NCBI GenBank assembly: GCA_034435035.1
Contig: DAOTXW010000068.1
Location: 25,643 to 89,642, forward strand
DNA: 64,000 bases
Direction: 5' to 3'
Origin: Anaerolineae bacterium
Lineage (GTDB): Bacteria > Chloroflexota > Anaerolineae > Aggregatilineales > UBA3940
Below are positions 37,404 to 47,820 of this stretch, in pieces (position 1 is the stretch's first letter; every line of letters begins with the position of its first letter). The notes under the pieces were generated by a model. It worked only from the letters and a program-made list of their open reading frames with translations, searched no databases and was not told where the DNA came from. A program made the translations under genes and the position numbers.

Positions 37404-39626
37404 ATGCTGGCCGTGCTGGTCAGCCTTCTGGCTGGCTTACTCACGACGGGGCAGGCTCCAGCGCAAACCGGGGTAGAAGACCTGACGGCCCGTCTGGAAC
37501 GCGCCACCGTGTTCCTGATGCAAACGTATACGGAGGGTGGCACTCAGATTCGCTCCTGCGTGGGTACAGGAACCCTGATCAGTGCCGATGGGCTGATCCT
37601 CACCAATGCGCATCTGGCGCTGCCCATCGGGGCCTGCCGGGGCGATAGCCTCGTAGTGGCTCTTCCAGTACGTCTCAATGAGCCCCCGATCCCTATCTAC
37701 CTCGCCCGGGTAGTCCAGGCTGACCTGTATCGGGATGTGGCCGTCCTGCAGATCACAAGCGCTCTGGACGGCAGCCGCGTGGAACCATCCCTGCTCAATC
37801 TCCCGTTTGTGCAGATTGGCGATCCATCCACTATCCTGCCCGGCAATACGTTGACCTTAGTGGGATACCCGGATGCCGGGGGAGCCAGTATCGCTGCCAT
37901 CAGCGGGATGGTCACGGGGATCACCGCCGAGCGCGGCGGGGGCCGGGCTTCCTGGTTTCGCACCGATGCCGATCTGGGCGGGACAATGAGCGGGGGCGGG
38001 GCCTACGACCCATCAGGGTTCCTTGTCGGCATTCCCACAAGCTCACCGGGAACAGATGGCAGCGCTGCCGGGCCCACCTGCCTCAGCATACAGGATAGCA
38101 ATGGCGATCTTGAGATTGATGCGCTGGATCCCTGCGTACCGATCGGAGCGCCCATCACCCAGATCCGCCCGGTCAGCTTCGCCGCCCCGCTAATTGAGGC
38201 GGCTCGCAGTGGGTTTCGCCTCGCTCATCGCTCCCCCCTGATACAATCTATACCCGCGGCCCAGCCCACTATTAGCCGGCTGTTCTTCTCGACAGGTATT
38301 ACAGAGGCATGGCTGCCCTCGCAGATCATCAGCGCAGCACCAACAGGAACAAGCAGTCTGTATGTGTTCTTCGACTACGCCGAGATGCGGCCTGGCACTC
38401 CCTATGAGCTTGTGGTCACCAACAATGGCCTGAAGATGCCCCAGTTTAGCCTGGGCCCACTGGCCTGGAGCGGCGACCGCAGCGGGACATGGTACATAGG
38501 GACGGAGAATCTCACCTGGCCAGACGGAAACTATGAGTTTACCGTGCTGATCAATGGGGAGCCTGCAGCAACCGGGGCGATTGTCATTGGGGGCGCACCG
38601 GCCGAGCCCACCTTTAGCAACCTTCGCTTTGGCATCCCGGATGCAGCAGGTGGATTTGCCGCCAGCGGCACGCTGCTGCCCACGCAGATAACCCAGATCG
38701 ATGCCCAGTTCGACTATTCGGGACTCAGCCCCGGTCAGCTTTGGACAGAGATCTGGTATCTGGACGGCAGTGAGGTATCGCGTGCCGAACGCACCTGGGA
38801 TCTGGAAGCGGCGGGGCAGACCCGGGTAAGCGCCATCAACTATTCGGGGCTGCCCCTGGGAACATATCGATTGGATCTGTTAATTGGTAACAGGCTGGCA
38901 GCTACCGGGGATGTAACCCTGGCCGGGAATACAGGCGCCCAGTCGCTTCCTGCCGTTTTCTCGAATGCGCGGGTGACCAGTGGAATCTCCCGCGACGGCC
39001 TTCCCGATGGGCAGGCGGGGCCGACACTACCGCTTGGCACCCGCACGCTTTATACGTTCGTCGACTTCGACCTTATGCCAGCCGATCTGCTCTGGACATA
39101 TCGCTGGTACCTGGACGGTCGGTTGGTTGCCAGCAGCACACAGCCATGGGGTGCGGGCAGTGTCGGGGAAGATTTCTGGGTCAGCCTGGTCAGCGATAGC
39201 CCACTGCCGGAGGGCAGTTATGCAGTGGAGGTGCTTGTCGAGGATCTACCCATGTTCTCGGTCAACGTGTCGATCGGCAGCGGCACTCAGCCCATCACGG
39301 GCATTGAGGTTGCGGGCGACGAGGTGTTGATCAGCGGCACCGTACTGGACGCGATGACCGCAAAAGGCATTCCTGGCGCCCTGGTCATCGTGCTGGATGT
39401 CACACTCGAATCGCCGCAGTTCACCTGGAATGAGGCCGAGATCCACACGCAGGCAATCACGGACGAACGAGGCCGCTTCACACTCCCGCGCGGCCTGCCG
39501 CGTGGTAACTTCTATACCGTGTTCGTCTTTGCTGATGGCTACATCACTGTGTTGGAAGACAATTTCGTCATCCTGCGCAACCAGCCATCCCCGGCGGATA
39601 TCACCATCGAAATGGCCAGACCCTGA
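37404..39626 (+). CDS. Secreted trypsin-like (S1 family) serine protease with three tandem ~105-aa beta-sandwich repeats and a CarboxypepD_reg-like C-terminal domain
   Basis: Start set at MLAVLVSLLAGLLTTGQAPAQ (signal peptide). Catalytic triad context: TNAHL, YRDVAVLQI, GGTMSGGGA. Repeats lie at ~38265-39278. C-terminal ISGTVLDAMTAKGIPGALVIV. Confidence 0.7.
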   Translation: MLAVLVSLLAGLLTTGQAPAQTGVEDLTARLERATVFLMQTYTEGGTQIRSCVGTGTLISADGLILTNAHLALPIGACRGDSLVVALPVRLNEPPIPIYLARVVQADLYRDVAVLQITSALDGSRVEPSLLNLPFVQIGDPSTILPGNTLTLVGYPDAGGASIAAISGMVTGITAERGGGRASWFRTDADLGGTMSGGGAYDPSGFLVGIPTSSPGTDGSAAGPTCLSIQDSNGDLEIDALDPCVPIGAPITQIRPVSFAAPLIEAARSGFRLAHRSPLIQSIPAAQPTISRLFFSTGITEAWLPSQIISAAPTGTSSLYVFFDYAEMRPGTPYELVVTNNGLKMPQFSLGPLAWSGDRSGTWYIGTENLTWPDGNYEFTVLINGEPAATGAIVIGGAPAEPTFSNLRFGIPDAAGGFAASGTLLPTQITQIDAQFDYSGLSPGQLWTEIWYLDGSEVSRAERTWDLEAAGQTRVSAINYSGLPLGTYRLDLLIGNRLAATGDVTLAGNTGAQSLPAVFSNARVTSGISRDGLPDGQAGPTLPLGTRTLYTFVDFDLMPADLLWTYRWYLDGRLVASSTQPWGAGSVGEDFWVSLVSDSPLPEGSYAVEVLVEDLPMFSVNVSIGSGTQPITGIEVAGDEVLISGTVLDAMTAKGIPGALVIVLDVTLESPQFTWNEAEIHTQAITDERGRFTLPRGLPRGNFYTVFVFADGYITVLEDNFVILRNQPSPADITIEMARP

Positions 39627-39632
39627 TACTGG

Positions 39633-40574
39633 CTACCCCAACCAGTTCTGGATAGCCTCCAGCACTTCCCGGGCGCCGGACTGCTCCAGGTCAAACCACC
39701 GGATGCCAGGATCGCCGGGCCGGAACCAGGTATACTGGTGACGGATGAAACGCCGCGTCGCTTGCCTGATGAGGGCAGTCGCTGTATCAAGGTCAATCTC
39801 GCCCTCCAGGTAGGCGGAGATCTGCGGATAGCCAAGACTGCTCATTGAAGGCAGTGCTGGGCCGTAACCGGCACGTCTCAACCTGCGCACCTCTTCCACC
39901 ATGCCCGCCTCGAGCATCGCCTCCAGACGGCTGTCAACGCGCCGATACAGAATATGGCGCGGGCGGGTCAGTCCGATCTGCAGCACACGATAGGGTGGAG
40001 GCTGTCGGGTCTGCAGGCGGGAGATCTGCGTACCAGTTAGAAGGTGAACTTCCAGGGCCCGCACCACACGGCGCACATTTCGGGGGTCGATGCGTTCGGC
40101 ACCGACCGGATCCTGCGCGGACAGCCAGCCATGAAGCGCACCGGCTCCGTACACTTCACTGAAGCCCTCGAGGTCCGCCCGCATGTCATGCTGCGGTGGG
40201 ATCGGGGGGATGCTCCAGCCCTGCACCACGGCCCGGATGTACTGACCGGTGCCGCCAACAAGAAACGGCAACTTCCGCAAGCGATGAACCTCGTCGATCG
40301 CCCGGCAGGCCATTTCCTTGAACTCCGCCACCGTCAGCACCTGATCGGGCTCCAGGATGTCAACCAGATGATGGCGTACGCGGCTGAGCTCACCCGCAGT
40401 AGGTTTGGCTGTGCCAATATCCATGTAGCGGTAGATCTGCCGGGAATCAGCAGAGACAATCTCGCCTCCCAGCGAGCTCGCCACCTCCACCGCCAAGGCC
40501 GTCTTGCCGACGCCGGTGGGGCCGACAATGACCACCAGCGGAGGATAACCATCATCGATCATCCCGGACTGCAT
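39633..40574 (-). CDS. miaA: tRNA dimethylallyltransferase
   Basis: 313 aa. P-loop GPTGVGKTALA and an IPPT-family pattern throughout. Confidence 0.9.
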   Translation of the reverse strand: MQSGMIDDGYPPLVVIVGPTGVGKTALAVEVASSLGGEIVSADSRQIYRYMDIGTAKPTAGELSRVRHHLVDILEPDQVLTVAEFKEMACRAIDEVHRLRKLPFLVGGTGQYIRAVVQGWSIPPIPPQHDMRADLEGFSEVYGAGALHGWLSAQDPVGAERIDPRNVRRVVRALEVHLLTGTQISRLQTRQPPPYRVLQIGLTRPRHILYRRVDSRLEAMLEAGMVEEVRRLRRAGYGPALPSMSSLGYPQISAYLEGEIDLDTATALIRQATRRFIRHQYTWFRPGDPGIRWFDLEQSGAREVLEAIQNWLG

Positions 40575-40959
40575 CCCGATACAAGTTCAGCCGGCGAACC
40601 AGCCCGGATTCCGCCATCTCCAGCGCCACCACATCAATCCGCCAGCCTGCGCCCTCAATCCCGCGAGCTTCCAGGTAAGCCTGAGCTGACAGCCACAGAC
40701 GGCGCCGCTTCGCGGGCGTCACCGATTCTTCCGCCGACACCTGCCCCCGCGACCGGCGCAGCCGAACTTCCACGAAGACCCACTCCCCTCGTTCCTGTGC
40801 AACCATGTCGATCTCGCCCTGAGCGCAGCGCCAGTTGCGCTCGATCACGGAATACCCGTGTGCGGTGAGGGCCTGAGCCGCCAGGTCCTCACCGCGAGAG
40901 CCCCGCTCCGCCGGGGTCATCTCAGGCACCAACGGGGTTGAAGGATCGCCGTCAGTCAA
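40552..40959 (-). CDS. yraN: YraN-family (UPF0102) endonuclease-like protein
   Basis: 135 aa. GEDLAAQALTAHGYSVIERNWRCAQGEIDMVA...VFVEVRLR matches the YraN pattern. Confidence 0.8.
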   Translation of the reverse strand: MTDGDPSTPLVPEMTPAERGSRGEDLAAQALTAHGYSVIERNWRCAQGEIDMVAQERGEWVFVEVRLRRSRGQVSAEESVTPAKRRRLWLSAQAYLEARGIEGAGWRIDVVALEMAESGLVRRLNLYRDAVRDDR

Positions 40960-41035
40960 ATTGCCGGGTGCTCATGAACTATGCTAGAATGCAGGTGAAG
41001 CCACGCACGTTTATGATAGCACAGGGTCACGAGCA

Positions 41036-41542
41036 ATGTACGATCAGCTGTCGATCCCACACGTGCTCAAGCAGGCTGACATCTTCGCAGGGTTGTCCGA
41101 CGATCACCTTGAGATGATCGCCTCGCTTTGCTATATGGCCCAATTCAATGCGGGCGATATAGTCTTTGAACAGAACTCGGATGGCAGCGAGCTGTACGTG
41201 ATCGCTGATGGCGAGATTGACATCCAGATTGACCCGGGGCTGCTGCCTGAGCACGATGAGAGAGGTCCGGTTACCATTGCGACCTTCAGGCGCGGTCAGT
41301 CCTTCGGCGAGATGGCGCTGGTCGACTCCAATCTGCGGTCGGCATCCGCGTCCTGCGCACAGAATGAGACCTGGGCGGTGGTAATCCCCCGTGAGGCCCT
41401 CATGAATCTCTGCTATGAGCAGCCCGGCCTTGGCTTTCATCTGATGCGCAACCTGGCGATCGATATGGCAGCCAAGATCAGGGCCAGCGGCCTGCAAATG
41501 CGTGAATGGCTCACATGGTCACGGGCAGGCGGCGTCCCATAG
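41036..41542 (+). CDS. Stand-alone cyclic-nucleotide-binding domain protein
   Basis: 168 aa. CAP_ED pattern FAGLSDDHLEMIA...GDIVFEQ...FGEMALV...RSASA. No attached HTH or effector domain. Confidence 0.75.
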   Translation: MYDQLSIPHVLKQADIFAGLSDDHLEMIASLCYMAQFNAGDIVFEQNSDGSELYVIADGEIDIQIDPGLLPEHDERGPVTIATFRRGQSFGEMALVDSNLRSASASCAQNETWAVVIPREALMNLCYEQPGLGFHLMRNLAIDMAAKIRASGLQMREWLTWSRAGGVP

Positions 41543-41624
41543 CCCAGGCACAACCTGACACGGGCGCACAGACTGGCCAGGTCGGTTCCCTCTCAATTTC
41601 CCATCTCTACGAACGGATTGTCCA

Positions 41625-42833
41625 ATGCGCTGCGAATTGGTATCAATTGGCACCGAACTGCTGCTTGGCGCGATAACAGATACGAACGCCACTTACATCG
41701 CCCAGCAGCTGCAATCTATTGGCCTTGACCTGATCTACAAGACCACAGTCGGCGACAATGAGCAGCGAATCGCTGCGGTCATCGATGCAGCCCTGGACCG
41801 CGTAGATATCGTCATCACGACTGGCGGCTTGGGCCCTACGGTGGACGACGTTACCCGGGAAGCGATCGCCCGCGCAACCGGACGCCCTCTGGAACTGCGG
41901 CAGGAGATGCTGGATCAGATTGCTGAGCGTTTTCGCCGCTTCGGTGTCCGCATGAGCGAGAATAATCGCCGGCAGGCCATGATGCCGCAGGGCGCCCTCG
42001 CAATCGAGAATCCGGTAGGCACGGCCCCGATCTTCATCCTGGAGACGGAGCGCGGGGTGATCATGACCCTGCCCGGAGTCCCTCGTGAGATGAAGCATCT
42101 GATGGAGCACGCGCTTCTGCCATGGTTAAAGGACTATCTAGGCGCCCCGGCCGTGATCACCAGCCGCATCCTACGGACCGCAGGCATCGGCGAGAGCCAG
42201 GTGGATGCGCGCATCGCCGATCTGATGACCGCGGCCAATCCGACCGTCGGGCTGGCAGCGCACGCCGGCCAGACGGATATCCGGATCACAGCCAAGGCAT
42301 CTTCTCAGGCAGCGGCTGAAGCGCTCATGGCGCCTGTTGAGGAAGAGATCCGGCGCCGGCTCGGAACCTGGATTTACGGGTCCGGTGACCGATCCATCGA
42401 GTCCACGCTGCTGGAGTTTCTTACAGAGCGTGGCGCCAGCCTGGCATTTGTCGAGGCGGGCACCGGGGAACTACTTCGTGAGCGGCTCTTGTCCGCTGCC
42501 TCTGATCAGCAGTCCAAGCTTCTCTACCCGGTCGATGTCGTCGATATCCCGGGCCATGCGGAGGATGAGCGTGAGGGAACTGCACATCGCCTGGCGGCGC
42601 ATGTGCGCACGGAGCAGGGTGCTACTTATGGGCTTAGCATTCTGATCTACGGTGAGGGAGGACTTCCCGGGGGGGGGCCGGGCACGTCGATGTCGGTGGT
42701 CTCATCCAGTGGGTCCCGCAGCCGGCAGTTCGGTTGGGGGCGCGATCGGACCGACAGCCCGATCTGGGCTACAACCCATGCGATGGCGCTCCTGCTGCGC
42801 CTGATCCAGGGTGCTGAGGAGCCACAGCCCTGA
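41625..42833 (+). CDS. cinA: CinA-family protein (MoCF-type N-terminal domain + diverged PncC-like C-terminal domain)
   Basis: 402 aa. N-terminal ELVSIGTELLLGAITDTNATYIAQ. The C-terminal domain carries EAGTGELL in place of the usual ESCTGGLL. Confidence 0.75.
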   Translation: MRCELVSIGTELLLGAITDTNATYIAQQLQSIGLDLIYKTTVGDNEQRIAAVIDAALDRVDIVITTGGLGPTVDDVTREAIARATGRPLELRQEMLDQIAERFRRFGVRMSENNRRQAMMPQGALAIENPVGTAPIFILETERGVIMTLPGVPREMKHLMEHALLPWLKDYLGAPAVITSRILRTAGIGESQVDARIADLMTAANPTVGLAAHAGQTDIRITAKASSQAAAEALMAPVEEEIRRRLGTWIYGSGDRSIESTLLEFLTERGASLAFVEAGTGELLRERLLSAASDQQSKLLYPVDVVDIPGHAEDEREGTAHRLAAHVRTEQGATYGLSILIYGEGGLPGGGPGTSMSVVSSSGSRSRQFGWGRDRTDSPIWATTHAMALLLRLIQGAEEPQP

Positions 42834-42867
42834 CGCAATCCGGGCGGGCTGGCTGACAGAAAAACGA

Positions 42868-44673
42868 TCATTCGTCGCCAAGCCGCAGTACGGCCATGAA
42901 GGCCTCCTGCGGAATCTCAACCTGGCCCACCATCTTCATGCGTTTCTTGCCCTTCTTCTGCTTCTCCAGCAGCTTCTTTTTGCGCGTGATGTCGCCACCG
43001 TAACACTTGGCCAGCACATCCTTGCGCAACGCCTTGACATTGGCCCGGCTGATCACGCGTTTGCCCACCGCAGCCTGAATGGGTACCACAAACAGTTGAG
43101 GAGGGATCAGATCCTTGAGTTTGCTGATCAGCGCCTGTCCCTTATGGTAGGCACTTTCACGATGGACAATCATCGCCAGCGCGTCTACAGGCTCACCATT
43201 CACCAGAACCTCGAGCTTGACCAGGTCGCCGCTGCGGTAGCCCTGCAGATGATAGTCCAGTGACGCATAGCCCCTGGTGATGGATTTCAGGCGGTCGTAG
43301 AAATCTACGATCAGCTCGGCCAGTGGAATGTCGTAGTTCAGCATCACCCGCTGCTTGTCCAGATATTCTGTCGCAATGTACTCTCCGCGCTTACGGGTCA
43401 CCAAGTCCATAATCGGCCCGATGAACTCGGTAGGTGTATAGACCTGAATGCGCACCCAGGGTTCCTGCACATCGGAGATCTCGCTTTCATCTGGCAGATC
43501 GGCCGGGCTGTCCACAACAATCTGTTCGCCGGTGTTGCGCCTGACGGCCAGGTACTCAACGCTGGGGGCGGTGGCGATCAGGTCGAGATCATATTCTCGT
43601 TCCAACCGCTCCTGAACGATCTCCATGTGGAACAACCCCAGAAAGCCACAGCGGAACCCGAAATTGAGCGCCTGCGAAGTTTCTGGCTCAAATGTCAGCG
43701 ATGCGTCATTCAACTGCAGCTTCTCCAGCGCATCCCGCAGCAGAGGGTAGTCTTCCCCCTCAACAGGATAGAAGCCGGCAAATACCATTGGCTTAGCGGC
43801 CTGATAGCCGGGCAGAGGCTCGGCAGCCGGCCGATCGCGCAGCGTCACCGTATCACCCACCCGGGCTTCCCGGATCGTCTTAAGGCCTGTGGCGATATAG
43901 CCAACCTCACCAGCGACCAGTTCATCAGTGGGCTGCATTGTCGGCGCGAAGATCCCGATCTCAACCGGCTCGATCAGCGCCCTGGTCGCCATCATCTGAA
44001 GCACATCACGTTTTCTGAGCGCGCCATCGACGATCCGGACGTATGCCACGACCCCCTTGTATGGATCATAGTGACTGTCAAAAATCAGCGCGCGAAGCGG
44101 AGCATCGCGCTGTCCGCGCGGTGGCGGCACACGCGCAATCACTGCCTCCAGGACATCGACGATATGGGTGCCAGCCTTGGCGGAGATCTGGCAAACATCC
44201 GCTGCATCTACCCCCAGCAGAGACTCGATCTCCTCAGCGATCTCGTCCGGGCGTGCCGCGGGCAGATCGATCTTGTTAACCACCGGCACAATCTCAAGAT
44301 CGGCATCCAGCGCAAGGAAGAGATTGGCCAGCGTCTGCGCCTCAATACCCTGAGTGGCATCGACAACCAGGACGGCGCCCTCGCATGCCTGCAGAGCCCT
44401 CGACACTTCATACGAGAAGTCAACATGTCCCGGTGTATCAATCAGGTTAATCTCGTAGCGTTCTCCGTCCTGGGCTTCATAGGTCATGCGAACTGCGCTG
44501 GCTTTGATGGTAACTCCGCGCTCGCGCTCAAGATCCATCGAATCCAGCACTTGATTGGTCATATCCCGATCGGAGATGGTAGCGGTGAGCTCCAGCAGGC
44601 GATCCGCCAGCGTGCTCTTACCGTGATCGATGTGGGCGATAATACAGAAGTTCCGGATGTGCGACAGATCCAT
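42868..44673 (-). CDS. lepA: Elongation factor 4 (LepA)
   Basis: Start set at [27 protein letters not shown] (ATG 44673). LepA C-terminal domain present. 29 upstream codons trimmed. Confidence 0.95.
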   Translation of the reverse strand: MDLSHIRNFCIIAHIDHGKSTLADRLLELTATISDRDMTNQVLDSMDLERERGVTIKASAVRMTYEAQDGERYEINLIDTPGHVDFSYEVSRALQACEGAVLVVDATQGIEAQTLANLFLALDADLEIVPVVNKIDLPAARPDEIAEEIESLLGVDAADVCQISAKAGTHIVDVLEAVIARVPPPRGQRDAPLRALIFDSHYDPYKGVVAYVRIVDGALRKRDVLQMMATRALIEPVEIGIFAPTMQPTDELVAGEVGYIATGLKTIREARVGDTVTLRDRPAAEPLPGYQAAKPMVFAGFYPVEGEDYPLLRDALEKLQLNDASLTFEPETSQALNFGFRCGFLGLFHMEIVQERLEREYDLDLIATAPSVEYLAVRRNTGEQIVVDSPADLPDESEISDVQEPWVRIQVYTPTEFIGPIMDLVTRKRGEYIATEYLDKQRVMLNYDIPLAELIVDFYDRLKSITRGYASLDYHLQGYRSGDLVKLEVLVNGEPVDALAMIVHRESAYHKGQALISKLKDLIPPQLFVVPIQAAVGKRVISRANVKALRKDVLAKCYGGDITRKKKLLEKQKKGKKRMKMVGQVEIPQEAFMAVLRLGDE

Positions 44674-44826
44674 AGACACCCGTCCAGACACGATTGCCAA
44701 GACCCAACTCCAAACAGGCCCGATTGTACCAGCCCGGAGCCGATGCGCACACCCGCACACCTTGACTGCCGCTTCATCGGAGGCTACCCTTCATTGGGCA
44801 CACGCACTGCATCGTGGGGGAAGCCG

Positions 44827-46002
44827 GTGAAAGCAGCAACAACCTGGGCGGCAGCAGCCATAATGGCCAGTATGATCAGCGCACTGGCGTGTGGTGCAGT
44901 TGCGTCAGAAGCCTCCGAGGGTATCCAACCCTCCCGCACCCCACTGCCCACTGCTACAGCGCCCTCGCCCGTGCTATCCCCCCCTACCCCAGCTCCGCCG
45001 GACATAGATGCGTTTCAGGATGCGCTTGAGCAAGCCCTGAGGTCACGCGATGCGGCTGCACTAGGAGTGCTCATGTCAGGGGCCTTTGCGGTTCAATATG
45101 TCGATGGCCCGGGCGGCCTGATCGCGGTTGCGGATGCAGTGACCCTGCTGCAGCAGGACCTCCTGACCAGCCCGAACCCCCCGATAGTTGACGAGAGCCT
45201 TGACGGCAGCGCTCTTCTCACCCTGTATCCACCACCCCCTGGACTGGTGATCACACGCGTTCTGTGGAGCAGCAACTGGGGGAGCTCCGGAGCCGATCAG
45301 GCCCTTGTTCTCATCTCTCTGCAGGAGGATGGCAGGCCCTACTTCAGCGGCCTGGTCATTGCGCGAGGCGGATTCCCGGGCATGGCAGAATCACAGCCTG
45401 TCGATGAAACGCCGGCGCCCACCTTGCAGCCCATTTCAGAAGCCGCACCGGCCACCCGCGGCCGCGAGGTATATGCCTCTGATCTGAGCGCAGGCTGGCC
45501 GGCAGTCAAGCAGGATGCACTTACCGGGGAACCCCTCCCCACGGGTGGATATCAGATGACAGCCACCCCTGCCGGATGGATTTATACATCGCGCCTGGCT
45601 ATCAGCACCTTCTATGCCGAGGTATCGGCTCGCCCGCAGGATTGCCCACCGGATGCAGGCTACGGGCTGTTGTTCCATTACATCGATCCCGGCCGATTCC
45701 GTTTCTTCATAGTGTGGTGCAGCGGCGCCTATTCCCTGGTGGAAAGGCCAGAGGCCGCCCGAACCGTTGTGTTGGCCGAGGGCATGATGCCTGCCACGCT
45801 GGATCCGTCCACAGGAGAGCACCGGCTGGGCGTCCGCGCGACCGACTCCGGCCTGGATCTGTTCGTGGACGACATCCCAATCGCCCGCACTGCCGCCAGT
45901 TCGATGCCAGCCGGTGACATCGGAATGTATGTCGAGGCAGCAGGGCGCAAGCCCATCACCGTCGTGTTCACCGGCCTGCGAGTCTACGAAGCGGGCCCCT
46001 GA
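44827..46002 (+). CDS. Hypothetical lipoprotein with a C-terminal LamG/jelly-roll-like domain
   Basis: Only the 3' part of the 791-aa ORF is free of lepA antisense. GTG 44827 with a GGGGGA SD gives MKAATTWAAAAIMASMISALAC (lipobox), followed by a Pro-rich linker. Confidence 0.5.
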   Translation: MKAATTWAAAAIMASMISALACGAVASEASEGIQPSRTPLPTATAPSPVLSPPTPAPPDIDAFQDALEQALRSRDAAALGVLMSGAFAVQYVDGPGGLIAVADAVTLLQQDLLTSPNPPIVDESLDGSALLTLYPPPPGLVITRVLWSSNWGSSGADQALVLISLQEDGRPYFSGLVIARGGFPGMAESQPVDETPAPTLQPISEAAPATRGREVYASDLSAGWPAVKQDALTGEPLPTGGYQMTATPAGWIYTSRLAISTFYAEVSARPQDCPPDAGYGLLFHYIDPGRFRFFIVWCSGAYSLVERPEAARTVVLAEGMMPATLDPSTGEHRLGVRATDSGLDLFVDDIPIARTAASSMPAGDIGMYVEAAGRKPITVVFTGLRVYEAGP

Positions 46003-46829
46003 TCGGGATCATCTGCCGGCGCAGGCAGGTTTTTTCTTCGTTGTGCTGCCTCCACAGCTTCTTCGATGGCCTCCGCAGCGTCAAAAGGCCATGAGGGAGC
46101 CTGAACGGTGGCCCATAGCAGGAACTCGAGGTTCCCCGCCGGTCCAGTAATCGGCGAGGGCACAAGGCCGGCGGCATGAAGGCCAGCCTCGCGCGCATAC
46201 CCAACGACGGCATGCAGGACGGACGCATGCACAGCGGGATCGCGCACCACACCACCCCTGCTGACCTGGCTGCGCCCTGCCTCGAACTGCGGCTTGACCA
46301 GAATCACTATCTGACCCCGCGCGTCCAGCCACCTGGTCAGTACGGGTAAAAGATGCCGCACAGAGATGAAGGAGACATCAACCGCGACCAGAGTCACCGG
46401 TTCGGCGAGAGCTGTCAGATACCGGGCATTCGTGCGCTCCATCAGCACCACACGCGAGTCCTGCCGGAGTCCCCAAGCTATCTGCCCATACCCGACATCG
46501 ATTGCATAGACACGAGCCGCTCCGCGCTGCAGCAGGCAGTCGGTGAATCCCCCGGTCGAGGCGCCCACATCCGCACACACCCACCCCTGCGGATTGACCG
46601 CAAAGGAATCCAAGGCCGCAGCGAGTTTCTCCCCCCCGCGGCTGACGAACCGGGGTCGCGCTCGTACTTCGATCAGCGTTTGGTCATCAGCGCGAGCCGC
46701 CGGCTTCATCGCAGGCTGACCATTGACCAGCACCGAGCCAGCCATGATCAGCCGCTGCGCTTGCTCGCGCGACTCGGCCAATCCTCGTTCCACCAGGATC
46801 TGATCCAGCCGAGCCCGCACTTTCTTCAT
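45984..46829 (-). CDS. tlyA: TlyA-family 16S/23S rRNA (cytidine-2'-O)-methyltransferase
   Basis: Start at MKKVRARLDQILVERGL (S4 domain), followed by an FtsJ-like methyltransferase fold (DVGASTGGFTD). Confidence 0.85.
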   Translation of the reverse strand: MKKVRARLDQILVERGLAESREQAQRLIMAGSVLVNGQPAMKPAARADDQTLIEVRARPRFVSRGGEKLAAALDSFAVNPQGWVCADVGASTGGFTDCLLQRGAARVYAIDVGYGQIAWGLRQDSRVVLMERTNARYLTALAEPVTLVAVDVSFISVRHLLPVLTRWLDARGQIVILVKPQFEAGRSQVSRGGVVRDPAVHASVLHAVVGYAREAGLHAAGLVPSPITGPAGNLEFLLWATVQAPSWPFDAAEAIEEAVEAAQRRKNLPAPADDPDQGPAS

Positions 46830-46941
46830 GTCCGGGTGCGCCTCATTCTGTATCCTGTATCGAACAGGCATGCGAATTCGTTGACAGACCCGCCTCAGAG
46901 TCTATAATAGCGCGGTCGGGAATGAATACGGAAGGCACACT

Positions 46942-47820
46942 GTGAGTCAGATACGCGGACTGCTCCGCAGCATGCGTCCCAAGCAGTGGCTCAAGAACGG
47001 CTTCATTTTTGTGCCACTGGTCTTTGACCGCAAGCTGGACGAGGTAACTTACCTGCTGGCGACTGCGGCCGGGTTTATGCTGATGTGCCTGGTAAGCAGC
47101 TCGATCTATCTGATCAACGATCTCGCGGATATCGAAGCGGATCGGGCCCACCCAACCAAGCGTTTTCGCCCCCTGCCATCCGGGCAGCTGTCGCGTAGTC
47201 TGGCGCGCGCTGCCGCAGTGGGTCTCCCCCTGGCAAGTATTCCACTGGCCTATCTTCTCAACCCCGCCTTTGCGCTGATCGTTGCTATCTACCTCGCCAG
47301 CCAGATGGCCTATTCCTTCAAGCTCAAACACATCGTTCTGATCGACGTTTTGACGCTTGCCTCAGCGTATCTGCTGCGTGTGATCGCCGGCGTAGAGCTG
47401 GTTGATGTGGCTCGCTTCTCTCCGTGGCTCTACATTTTCACGGGCATGCTGGCTTTGTTCCTGGGGGTAGGAAAGCGGCGCCAGGAACTGGTGCTGCTCC
47501 AGAAAGATGCCAATAACTCTCGGGCGATCCTGGATCAATACACTGTTGGGCTGCTGGACGAGATGATCGTCATTGTAACAGCGACCACGATTCTCACCTA
47601 TGCGCTCTATACCTTCAGCGCAGAAGGGCTGCCTGAAAACCACGCAATGATGCTGACGATCCCGTTCGTCGTCTATGGGATCTTCCGCTACCTGTATCTG
47701 ATTCACGTGAGGGGGGAAGGCGGTGCACCGGACGAAGTGATCCTGCGCGATCGGCCCCTGCAGCTAACAGTCATACTATGGGGGATTTCAGTTGTCGCCG
47801 TGCTGTACCTGATCCCGTGA
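46942..47820 (+). CDS. UbiA-family prenyltransferase, decaprenyl-phosphate phosphoribosyltransferase-like
   Basis: 292 aa. Contains MRPKQWLKNGFIFVPLVF and NDLADIEADRAHPTKRFRPLPSG motifs. Polytopic. Confidence 0.7.
   Translation: MSQIRGLLRSMRPKQWLKNGFIFVPLVFDRKLDEVTYLLATAAGFMLMCLVSSSIYLINDLADIEADRAHPTKRFRPLPSGQLSRSLARAAAVGLPLASIPLAYLLNPAFALIVAIYLASQMAYSFKLKHIVLIDVLTLASAYLLRVIAGVELVDVARFSPWLYIFTGMLALFLGVGKRRQELVLLQKDANNSRAILDQYTVGLLDEMIVIVTATTILTYALYTFSAEGLPENHAMMLTIPFVVYGIFRYLYLIHVRGEGGAPDEVILRDRPLQLTVILWGISVVAVLYLIP

Noticed and set aside
41036-41542. Functional link between the stand-alone cNMP-binding protein and the CYTH (possible cyclase) domain at 26907-27485
   Set aside because: The two are 14 kb apart with many unrelated housekeeping genes between them. 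There is no sequence-level evidence of coupling.
43627-44826. First ~400 codons of the 791-aa plus-strand ORF
   Set aside because: This part is antisense to lepA and has no recognisable motifs. Only the part after lepA (from GTG 44827, with SD and lipoprotein signal) is credible.
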